From assembly GCA_039028615.1 (NCBI GenBank), contig JBCCHT010000018.1, positions 128,001-192,000 of the forward strand: DNA of 64,000 bases, written 5' to 3'. Every line of letters begins with the position of its first letter. Within the stretch, counting starts at the first letter, position 1. This stretch comes from Myxococcota bacterium. GTDB taxonomy: Bacteria; Myxococcota_A; Polyangia; Nannocystales; Nannocystaceae. Made by a program: the position numbers and the translations under genes. The notes under the pieces are model-generated. The model was not told the origin of the DNA. It did no database searches and saw only the letters and a program-made list of their open reading frames with translations. This document shows, one piece after another, positions 37,038-45,571 of the stretch.

Positions 37038-37066
37038 ACCATGCGCCGCCCCACCCACCCCGTCAA
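37038..37066 (-). promoter_or_regulatory. Sigma70-like promoter for the uORF-rsgA transcript
   Basis: TTGACG (37066-37061)-17 bp-CATGGT (37043-37038). Confidence 0.55.
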
Positions 37067-37587
37067 GCCATCACTCCGATCGATGCCAACCGCACAACCG
37101 GAGTGAGCACGACCGCCGCCGAGAACGGCCCAAGGCAAAGGTCTCGCCGAGCGGTGAGATCGTGGGGCGCAACGGCAAACACCGCCCCCCGCGAATCGCG
37201 TGCGAACAAAGAGAGCCGTGAAGCGGCGAAGGGCGTGGTCGCAACGACAGCCGCCGCGAATGGTGTGCAGCCGCGAGGACTCGTAGAGCGTTGACTCGCG
37301 GGCGAGGCGGCAACGCGAGCGGGCGAGGTGATCGTTGCGGGGCAGCGTTGCGGCGAGCAACGAGTCGTGATTCGGGACGATGACGACCCGCGCAGCAAAG
37401 AGCGCAAGGATCAGGCGCCAGAGCTGAGTCGTGGACGAGGCCTCGTATCGCGAAGCTCGTCGGCACCGCGACCTGCCTTCTCAGACCCACGCGCCAACCC
37501 AACGTTCCCCTCGGGCGAAAACCACCGCCCCACACCCCCCACCACGCACCACCGCCCCAACCACCCACAACCAAAAAGCACCCCGCC

Positions 37588-37768
37588 CAGGAGCCCGACC
37601 AACCCCCTCCTTCAAGTCGCGAGGGGCACCCGCGTAGCCGGAAGGGCCCCCCGGTCGCGCGGAGGCGGCGACGATGCGTCAGTCCAAGCACCCGAGTTCC
37701 CCCATCGCCGCCGAGCACGTCCGGGGTAGGCGTCTGGCTTCAACAGGGCCCCCTTCCCCCCATCGAAG
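37588..37768 (-). repeat. 181-bp structured dispersed repeat, copy B (inverted relative to copy A)
   Basis: Reverse complement aligns end to end with 30931-31111. Confidence 0.9.
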
Positions 37769-37939
37769 TCGCTCGAGCCCGTTCCCCAAACTCAGAAAGG
37801 AACCGCAAAAGAAAACCCCCGAACGAACAACCCGAACCACCACCCCACCCAACCGCCGCCGCACCCCAGTCGCTGCACTCAGCTTGCCTCCCCCACCACC
37901 GTGATCGGACGACCCCACGCGTGTAGGTCCCTGTGATCC

Positions 37940-37998
37940 AAAAAAATCCAATAATTCCAATCACAACCCCTTGCGCCCCCCCCCCTCGTGCTTAAGTT
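37940..37998 (+). promoter_or_regulatory. Candidate promoter with an A-tract and a C10 run in the spacer
   Basis: A7 tract; TTGCGC (37971)-16 bp-TAAGTT (37993); C-run at 37976-37985. Confidence 0.4.
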
Positions 37999-38146
37999 GC
38001 CCCCGAACCGATTTGCGCCGAGTCGAGTCGTCGAGCCCCCCTTGCGGGCTCCGACTCGACGAGCCGCAACCCGGCAGGACAAGCAAGACGATCGAGCACC
38101 ACGGTGGCGCTCGACGTCCATCACCCCAGCCCCGACAGGAGCACTC

Positions 38147-39337
38147 ATGCACGTAGCCCTCGACGCCAACGCCAACCCAACCCCCACATCCACGACCGCC
38201 ACCCCCCAGCTCTTCCGCCACTGCAAACGCGAAGACTGGGGCATGGCGGTTTTGCTTTGGGAGCGAGAAGGAAAGCGCGGCTATCGATTCGAGGGCGGAG
38301 ACGAGCGCACGTTCAAAGAGGGCTACTACCACTTCTTCCAGCCTACCGCGGCCATCGGCGACGCAGCCGAGCGCCTACTCGCTTCGCTCGCCGTCGAGGC
38401 CAAGGCCGATCCCGCCACCGCCCGCCGGGCCAAGCGAGCCGCCACCCCGACCCTGGTGGAGCTGATCGCGGTGTTCCACGAGGAGTACGCGGGAGGCTTT
38501 GGCGATGCCGCCTGGACGTCGAAGGTGCGAGGCGTGGGCGCCCGCCGTCGAGCGAAGAAGCATCGCGAGGCCGCGGTGGCACACGCGGCCGAGCTGCTGG
38601 CCAAAGAGGCGCTCGACGGGCTGCTGGCGAGCAACGACGCCGCGGCGGTGGTCGAGCGAGCGGTGACGGTGCTGAAGGCGACGGACCTGGTGACGAAGAC
38701 GCAGCTGGCCGCGCTGGCCAGCGCGGCGCCGACGATGGGCCTGGCCAAGGCGCTGCGCGATCTGATGTACGAGCCGGACGTCGACGGGGCGCACTTCGAT
38801 CGCCTGGCACGGATGCTGGGGCGCTCGCCCGAAGGCAAGGTCTCGTGGCCCCTGATGACGGCCCTGCGTGCCGTGGTCGATCCCGCGGGTGACGTGGTGG
38901 TGCGACCGTCGGTGTTCCGCGCGATGGCGGAGGTGGTGATGCCGAGCCTGTCACGTCGCGTTCGGCCGCACGGCGGCTACTACAACCGCTACGTGGCGAT
39001 GGTCCGCGACCTCCGAGATGCGCTGGTCGAGCGCGGCGAGGCCCCTCGCGACTTGCTCGACGTGTACGACTTCATGTGGACGGTGTGTCGACCGGCGGCG
39101 GCCAAGGTCCTGGTGCGCGTGCGACAGCAGGCGGCACGAGAAGCGGCGGCCGAGACGACGCGCAACGCGGTGGCGACAGAGGTGAGCGGTGACCCGGTGC
39201 AGGCCCCGGTGATGATCAAGGCGGTCAGCGGGGTGATGGTCTCAGGCGAGCTCGAGACGACGACCGACGACTCGCCGTCGGCTCCCCTCGGCGTCGAGGG
39301 CGACGACTCGATCGCGACCGAAGCCGAGGCGGCCTAG
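38147..39337 (+). CDS. Hypothetical protein (SH3/DUF3553-like N-terminus, helical domain ending PRDLLDVYDFMW)
   Basis: AGGAG RBS; FRHCKREDWGMAV; SWPLMT...DP...VRPSVF...PRDLLDVYDFMW. Confidence 0.8.
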   Translation: MHVALDANANPTPTSTTATPQLFRHCKREDWGMAVLLWEREGKRGYRFEGGDERTFKEGYYHFFQPTAAIGDAAERLLASLAVEAKADPATARRAKRAATPTLVELIAVFHEEYAGGFGDAAWTSKVRGVGARRRAKKHREAAVAHAAELLAKEALDGLLASNDAAAVVERAVTVLKATDLVTKTQLAALASAAPTMGLAKALRDLMYEPDVDGAHFDRLARMLGRSPEGKVSWPLMTALRAVVDPAGDVVVRPSVFRAMAEVVMPSLSRRVRPHGGYYNRYVAMVRDLRDALVERGEAPRDLLDVYDFMWTVCRPAAAKVLVRVRQQAAREAAAETTRNAVATEVSGDPVQAPVMIKAVSGVMVSGELETTTDDSPSAPLGVEGDDSIATEAEAA

Positions 39338-39358
39338 TCTCGTCGCAGTCCGAGTCGG

Positions 39359-40093
39359 CTACCGTCGGCGGGTGAACTTGCCGAACTTGATGCCGACGAC
39401 GCCGGAGAACCCATCGTAGTTGTTGGTGATGGCGGTGTCGTAACCGATGACCCAGGTGTAGTGAGCTCCGAAGTAGGGGCGGAGGTAGGGAGCCCGTCGC
39501 GGGGTCCAGGCCAAGCGGACGCCGGCGTCGACCACCAGGTTGGTCGCGTCGGCGTCTCTGCCGTCGAGCAGCTCGTCTTCCCACTCGCTGACGCGACGAT
39601 CGTCGGGGACCTCGCGGTCCTCTCCGCTGAGGTAGAAGCCGAAGCCTCCGTAGCCGAGGGTGACGGGGAGCTCGAGGCTCAGCGGCACGCGACGAAAGTC
39701 GTGATAGGGCGCGATGAGCAGGCCGATGACGGAGCCGTCGCTGCGAAGATCGATGCTGCCTTGCCCCCGATAGGTCTGGCCATCGGGCAGATCGAGCCGG
39801 AAGGTCCGCGGGTTGATGGGGCCGGGACGAGCGAAGCCGGCGAGGCCGATGGCGAGGTGATCGAAGAAGGTCGCACCCGCCTGAAAGCCGGGCCCATGAC
39901 TGAGGTGGCCGGCCATGCCCAGGACGCGCCAGTCGACGGCGACGAAGCCACCGATGCGATCGCGCCTCCGAGGGGGTGTCTCGGCTTCGGTCGGTGTCTC
40001 GGGCGAGGGCTGAGAGTCGGTGGAAGGCTCGGCGCTCGAGCTCGGCGCGGTGACGAGGGCGGCGGCGAGAGTGAAGGTCGTGGGAATGAGCAT
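39359..40093 (-). CDS. Hypothetical outer-membrane beta-barrel-like protein
   Basis: Signal peptide; alternating aromatic beta segments; VGIKFGKF near the C-terminus. Confidence 0.7.
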   Translation of the reverse strand: MLIPTTFTLAAALVTAPSSSAEPSTDSQPSPETPTEAETPPRRRDRIGGFVAVDWRVLGMAGHLSHGPGFQAGATFFDHLAIGLAGFARPGPINPRTFRLDLPDGQTYRGQGSIDLRSDGSVIGLLIAPYHDFRRVPLSLELPVTLGYGGFGFYLSGEDREVPDDRRVSEWEDELLDGRDADATNLVVDAGVRLAWTPRRAPYLRPYFGAHYTWVIGYDTAITNNYDGFSGVVGIKFGKFTRRR

Positions 40094-40106
40094 CGGTTCG
40101 ATCTCC

Positions 40107-40862
40107 TTAGAAGGCTCGCCACTGCCGGGCGCTGGTGCCGAAGACGACGCGGAGACCGGTGGTGCCGCGCACGAGGAACTTGCCGCCGTCGCCGTTGGAG
40201 CCGAACACGCCGCCGGCTTCGAGGGTGGCGAACCAGCTCATGCGGTCTCCGATGGGCACGACGGGCCCGGTCACGAGCAAGGTGCCGATCTTGCTGATGT
40301 CGACGATGGGATCGACCTGCACGCCGAGCGGAGTGTCGATGCCCGCGACCCAGGTGAGGCGCGGCGAGGCGTGGATGTAGGCGAAGACCCCGGCGTCGGC
40401 GGTGATCGACAGGCCTTGGCTCGGGGTGCGCGGCGTGGGCCCCTCGGTGAGGCTCCGGGTGAAGTAGACGCCCGGGGCAAAGGTGAGAGCCATCGTCAGT
40501 CGACGCGAGCGATGGACGGGGAAGAACAGCGGCGCTCGAGCGGCGAGCACCACGTTGTCCTCCGTGGCGTAGCCGCCGATCACGGCGTCCGGCGTAAAGA
40601 CGCCCTCGACCTCGACGCCGACGCCGATCCCGTGCCGCAGCCGTCGTCGAAAACCGAGCAAGCCGCCGTAGCCGGTGTTGCCGGTTCGAAGCGCGAAGGT
40701 CAGGGCGTGCGCGCGACCCTCTCCGGCGTCGGACTGGGCGCGCTCGGTCTCCGGCTCGAACTCGGCCACGGAGGGCTCTTGGGCGCGCGCGGTGGCCGGG
40801 AGCGCCACCCCCAGGCATGCGGAGGCCACTCCCGCGAGCAGCGCGAATCTTTTTTCCAGCAC
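40107..40862 (-). CDS. Hypothetical outer-membrane beta-barrel-like protein
   Basis: GTG start, signal peptide, amphipathic strands, terminal Phe; divergent from the LysR gene. Confidence 0.7.
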   Translation of the reverse strand: MLEKRFALLAGVASACLGVALPATARAQEPSVAEFEPETERAQSDAGEGRAHALTFALRTGNTGYGGLLGFRRRLRHGIGVGVEVEGVFTPDAVIGGYATEDNVVLAARAPLFFPVHRSRRLTMALTFAPGVYFTRSLTEGPTPRTPSQGLSITADAGVFAYIHASPRLTWVAGIDTPLGVQVDPIVDISKIGTLLVTGPVVPIGDRMSWFATLEAGGVFGSNGDGGKFLVRGTTGLRVVFGTSARQWRAF

Positions 40863-40943
40863 ACCCGCAGCCTGAGGCCCTGGCCGGTGTTCTACCGCTG
40901 AATGTCTGGAATACGCCCCATGACGATTTATAATGGGGGTCCG

Positions 40944-41855
40944 ATGCAGGGTCTGATCGGGCTGGATCTCAACTTGCTGCTGGCCCTGGAGATGCTGCTG
41001 GAAGAGGGCAGCGTGACGGGGGCCGCCCGCCGTTTGGGGGTGACCCAGCCCGCGGTCTCCCACAAGCTCCGACGCCTCCGCGAGGCGCTGAACGACGAGC
41101 TGTTCGTGGCTGGCCCGCGGGGGCTGGTGCCCACCGAGCGGGCTCGCGCGATCGCGGGACCGCTACGGCAGGCGCTCGAGCAGCTGGTGACGACGCTCGC
41201 CGACGAAGAGCCCTTCGATCCGCGACACTCCGAGTACGAGTACGTGGTCACGGGCGCCGACTTGTTCGAGCTGGTCGGTCTGCCCTACGTGCTGGACTTC
41301 GTCGCCGAGGAGGCGCCCGGGATCACGGTGACGGTGGTGCGTCGCCGCGTGGACATGTATCAGCGGATGGAACGCGGCGAGATCCACTTCGCGTTCGGGC
41401 ACGAGTTTCCCAGTCGAGCGGGGCTGCGGCAGGTGAAGCTCTTCGACGAGCCCTTCGTGGTGATGGGACGACCCGAGCACCCGGCGTTTCGCGGCCCCCT
41501 GACCCTCGAGAAGTACCTCGCGGCGGACCACGTGTTGGTGGCACCCGAGGGGGCGCCGGGTGGATTCGTCGACGATGCGCTGGAGAAGCAAGGCCTGACG
41601 CGGCGCGTGGCGGTTCGCGTGGCTCACTTCGCCCCCGCGCCGCACTTGGTGGCCCGCCGCGATCTGCTGCTGACGGGCCCGGAGAGCCTCGGCATCGAGT
41701 CGGCGAAGACTCTGCCCATCGAGCTGCGACCGGTGCCGATCGAGCTGCCGCGTACGCCGTCGTACTTGGGCTGGCACGAGCGCTTCGAACGCGATCCTGC
41801 CCATCGCTGGTTCCGGCAGCAGACGCAGCGCTTTACCAAGCAGCGCTGGCTCTGA
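40944..41855 (+). CDS. LysR-family transcriptional regulator (NodD/LeuO-like)
   Basis: LDLNLLLALEMLLEEGSVTGAARRLGVTQPAVSHKLRRLRE...PTERA; WHER..RDPAHRWFR. Confidence 0.96.
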   Translation: MQGLIGLDLNLLLALEMLLEEGSVTGAARRLGVTQPAVSHKLRRLREALNDELFVAGPRGLVPTERARAIAGPLRQALEQLVTTLADEEPFDPRHSEYEYVVTGADLFELVGLPYVLDFVAEEAPGITVTVVRRRVDMYQRMERGEIHFAFGHEFPSRAGLRQVKLFDEPFVVMGRPEHPAFRGPLTLEKYLAADHVLVAPEGAPGGFVDDALEKQGLTRRVAVRVAHFAPAPHLVARRDLLLTGPESLGIESAKTLPIELRPVPIELPRTPSYLGWHERFERDPAHRWFRQQTQRFTKQRWL

Positions 41856-41869
41856 CGCGGGGCGTCGAG

Positions 41870-42460
41870 CTAGCGCTCGGGCACGCAGATGCGCACGAGC
41901 CCGTCGTTGCCGTAGTCCTCGAGATCGGGCGCGCGGTAGATGCCGTGGCTGCCGGTCTCGAGGCACTCGTAGCCGGCACGACAGTCGCTGGCGCGGCTGC
42001 ACTTGCGGCGGCAGCTGGTGCGGGCGGTGACCTCGTCGGCGCACAGGCCCTCGGGGAGGCAGACTTCGTTGGAGCCGCAGTCGTTGCGGGGCGGGCAGGT
42101 GAACACGCCCGACTCGGTGCTCGCCACACAGCCCTGGGACTCGCAGGTGGCCGCGTCGCCTTCACAGAAGGTGGCGAGATCTTCCCGCTCGGGGCTGCAG
42201 GCGATGGTGAGAAAGTCGGTGCCGTAGACCTTGATGCAGGCGGCCTCGGCGGGGCAGGTGCCGCGCCCACATCCGTCGATGGTGCACTCGCCTTCGCCCG
42301 CGGGGGTCACGACCCCGAAGTCGTTGACCCGGTGGGAGAGGTCGCAGATCCGCTCGCCCCGGATGCTGCAATCGGTGCTGCGCTCGCAGGCATCGCCGAT
42401 CTGCGCCTGGCAGGCGGCCAGCGCAAAGAGCGCGAAAACGAGAGAGGCACGGCGGCGCAT
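41870..42460 (-). CDS. Cys-rich lipoprotein
   Basis: Lipobox LAAC; IGDACERSTDC; CRRKCSRASDCRAGYEC. Confidence 0.8.
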   Translation of the reverse strand: MRRRASLVFALFALAACQAQIGDACERSTDCSIRGERICDLSHRVNDFGVVTPAGEGECTIDGCGRGTCPAEAACIKVYGTDFLTIACSPEREDLATFCEGDAATCESQGCVASTESGVFTCPPRNDCGSNEVCLPEGLCADEVTARTSCRRKCSRASDCRAGYECLETGSHGIYRAPDLEDYGNDGLVRICVPER

Positions 42461-42559
42461 GAGCGCGCGGAGCATACACTCCCGGGCCCATCGGGGCACG
42501 AAGGCTGGGATGAGCCGATCTGTCGTGATCTAGGGCGATTCGTGGCAGGCTGGTCCGCG

Positions 42560-44527
42560 GTGCGTAGCCCGCTCGATGAAGTCCTCGAAGCGCTCCAGGC
42601 CCTGCTGGACGCGCAAGGCGAGGCCCCGGTGCCCAGCGCAGCGGGCGAGGGCAACTTCCGGTGCGAAAACTGCGTCGACTGTGCCATGTGCCGGTTCTGT
42701 AGCGACTGCAGCGCGTGCGAGGACTGCACCTATTGCGAGCGCTGCGACGGCTGCAACGGGTGCACGCACTGCCAAGACTGTGAGCGGTGCACCGCGTGCA
42801 CGCACAGTCGGTGGTCGGCGGGCTGCACCGAGTCGTCGTACGTGACGCTGTGTCTCGATTGCGACAACTGTGTGCAGTGCTTCGCGTGCGTGGGGCTGTC
42901 GGGCGGGGAGTTTTGCATCCTCAACGAGAAGCTGCCGCGCAAGGCGTACTTCAGCCGGGTCGCGACGCTCCGGGCCGCGCTGGAAGAGCGCATGAGCCGA
43001 GGCTGGCAGCCGCCGTGGACCGCGGCGCCCGAGCCCGAGCCGGAGCCCGAACCCGAGGTGGAGCCCGAGCCGGAGCCCGAGTACGCGGAGGCCCCCGATG
43101 CGGATGCCTTGGCGGTGGAAGTGCCGGCCCACGGCGGGGAGCCGGCGTCGCCTCCCATGACCGACCTGGCCGGGCCTCGTCCCGGTCGCGGGGACGTCAC
43201 CATCGACACGGGACACCCCGCGGAGAACCCGGCGTCACCGCCGGTCGAGACGCCGCCGTGGACCTTCCCGGATCCTCGGGGGTCGCGACGCGAGCCGAGC
43301 CACGACGAGGATGCCCGCGCGGAGCGAGTCGCGGCCGAGCGATTGCCCGAGCCGCCGCCCTACGGCACGGGTCCGGTGGCGGAGGAGGGCTCGGTGCCGC
43401 CGCTCGATCGAGAGGCCCGCGGCGTCGACGAGTCGGGCGCGCTGAACGAGCGCCCGCGCGATCGCTACGGCTGGTCGGCGCAGGCAGAGGACACCGCGTC
43501 GAGCGTGGACTGGCCGCGACCCGAAGGCACGTCGTCGCGACGGGCGGGCCACCGAGCGATTCCCGAGCGCCGCGCCCGGGGACCTCGCAGCGACCTCGGC
43601 AGTGATTCGCGGGCACGGTCCGACCAGCGGATGCGAGACACTCGCGATGGGCTATCGCCCGCGGAGTATCGCGGGCTGGCGAGCGAGCCGGTGGGGAAAC
43701 GATCCGAGCGCGGCCTGGGAGGCGAGCGTCGCGGGTACCGATCGGAGCGAAGCTACGACGAGCCACGGCGGCCACGACCGGAGCGGCGCAGCCTGGCCAC
43801 GCGCGACGAGGCGGCGCCGCGGGAGCGCGAGCCGCTGGTCGACCCGGGTCGCGAGGCACGGGCCGAGCTCGACTGGCCCTCGCCACCGCCGTCGTCGCGG
43901 CTGGATGACGATCGCGCCCAGGACCTCAAGTGGCGTCGCCGAGAGACCGCCGCCAGTCCGCTCCCCCCCGAGTCCGATCCCGACGAGCTGCTCGAAGGCC
44001 TCGAGGTCGATCCTCGCCCGGCCTCCCCGCGGGGACTCGACGCGTGGTCGCCCTACGACCAAGCCCGCCGAGCCGAGCTGGGCCCCGATGAGCAGACGGA
44101 GCCGGACGCTCCCGTCGCGCGTCGAGGCCAGGCGCGGGCGGAGATCAGCGGCGCGGCCAGTGCTTCGCCGCAAGCCGAGCCGGACGAGGCCGATGCGGGC
44201 ACCTCGAACCCACCGCCGCGGGAGTCCACGCTGTGGGACGAGCCGCCCGGAGCGTCGGGTCCGGCCGAGCCGCGTGCGACGGGGACATCGGGCTTGGGCC
44301 GAGGCCGTCGACCCGAGCGCCCGCGGCCCCCGGAGAACACCCGGGGAGGTGGGCTGAGACGAGGCCGGGCGCCCGCGCGTCCCCAACCGGCACCCCCGCG
44401 CCAGAACGACGCCCCTTCGCTCCGTCGCGCCCGTCGACCGGTTCGCAGCAAAGAGGACGTGCAGACCTCGCCGTATCCGTCTCCCGAGGGCTCGAGCCCC
44501 GACGCGGAGTCCGAGTCCTCGACCTGA
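42560..44527 (+). CDS. Cxx-repeat protein with a long disordered Pro/Arg/Glu-rich tail
   Basis: 16 consecutive Cxx triplets (42662-42805), CFACVGL...FCILN cap; GTG start inferred. Confidence 0.75.
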   Translation: MRSPLDEVLEALQALLDAQGEAPVPSAAGEGNFRCENCVDCAMCRFCSDCSACEDCTYCERCDGCNGCTHCQDCERCTACTHSRWSAGCTESSYVTLCLDCDNCVQCFACVGLSGGEFCILNEKLPRKAYFSRVATLRAALEERMSRGWQPPWTAAPEPEPEPEPEVEPEPEPEYAEAPDADALAVEVPAHGGEPASPPMTDLAGPRPGRGDVTIDTGHPAENPASPPVETPPWTFPDPRGSRREPSHDEDARAERVAAERLPEPPPYGTGPVAEEGSVPPLDREARGVDESGALNERPRDRYGWSAQAEDTASSVDWPRPEGTSSRRAGHRAIPERRARGPRSDLGSDSRARSDQRMRDTRDGLSPAEYRGLASEPVGKRSERGLGGERRGYRSERSYDEPRRPRPERRSLATRDEAAPREREPLVDPGREARAELDWPSPPPSSRLDDDRAQDLKWRRRETAASPLPPESDPDELLEGLEVDPRPASPRGLDAWSPYDQARRAELGPDEQTEPDAPVARRGQARAEISGAASASPQAEPDEADAGTSNPPPRESTLWDEPPGASGPAEPRATGTSGLGRGRRPERPRPPENTRGGGLRRGRAPARPQPAPPRQNDAPSLRRARRPVRSKEDVQTSPYPSPEGSSPDAESESST

Positions 44528-44587
44528 TCCGACGGATCGGATCGCGCCGGGGGCGGCCACGGCCTGAAATGTGGTAAGCGCCGGCTC

Positions 44588-45412
44588 ATGTCCGAGACGG
44601 AGCAACGCCTGGTCATCGTCGGTTGCGGCACCATGGGGGAGGCCATCCTCGGCGGGCTCTTCCGCGCGGGACGGATTCGGCCCGAGCAGGTGATCGTCAC
44701 CGCCCGTCGCGAGGAAGAGGCGCAGCGGCTCCACGAGGCGCACGGCGTCACCGCGCTCACGGACAACCTCGAGGCGTGTCGCCAGGCCACGGTGGCGCTG
44801 GTGGCTCTCAAGCCGCAGCGCATGGCCAAGGTGCTCGACAACCCGCCGATGCGCGAGGCGTTGGAGGGCACGCCCGTGATCAGCGTCGCCGCGGGGATCG
44901 CCGTGTCGACCCTCCAGGGCTGGCTGCCCCAGTCACCGATCATCCGGGCCATGCCCAACACGCCGTGCCTGATCGGCGAGGGCATGACGGTGCTCGCCGC
45001 GGGCGAGGGGGTGACCAAGGAGCAGCGCGCCTACGCGCGAGGCGTGTTCGAGGCGGTGGGTCGCTGCGTCGAGCTCGAGGACAAGCACATGGACGCGGTC
45101 ACCAGCCTCAACGGCAGCGGGCCCGCCTTCGCCTACGTCATCCTCGAGGCCTTTGCCGACGGCGGGGTCATGATGGGCCTGCCGCGCGACGTCGCCCTGC
45201 AGATCGCCGCCCAGGTGCTCCAGGGCTCGGCCCGCATGGTGCTCGACACCGGCTTCCATCCCGCCGCCCTCAAGGACCAAGTGACCACGCCCGCCGGTTG
45301 CACCATCGCGGGGCTGTTGACGATGGAAGACGGCCGCATTCGTTCGGTGCTGGCGCGCTCGATCCAAGAGGCCACGAAGGTCGCGGGCGGGCTCGGCAAC
45401 GAAGGCAAGTAG
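44588..45412 (+). CDS. proC: Pyrroline-5-carboxylate reductase
   Basis: GCGTMGEAI, LKPQ, ISVAAG, RAMPNTP, GSGPAF, LKDQVTTPAGCT. Confidence 0.98.
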   Translation: MSETEQRLVIVGCGTMGEAILGGLFRAGRIRPEQVIVTARREEEAQRLHEAHGVTALTDNLEACRQATVALVALKPQRMAKVLDNPPMREALEGTPVISVAAGIAVSTLQGWLPQSPIIRAMPNTPCLIGEGMTVLAAGEGVTKEQRAYARGVFEAVGRCVELEDKHMDAVTSLNGSGPAFAYVILEAFADGGVMMGLPRDVALQIAAQVLQGSARMVLDTGFHPAALKDQVTTPAGCTIAGLLTMEDGRIRSVLARSIQEATKVAGGLGNEGK

Positions 45413-45571
45413 CGACGACGGGCGGCGTTACGACCGCCCGATCGAACGGACAGTCGTTCGCTCCGTAACGGGCCGGATCCAGGTCACTACGGCCGATGGG
45501 CCGTCGATTTCTGTCGGGGATTCCAAGTCCCCATCCTGCGATCCACCTGCTACGTTTGATCGTTCGGTTCG

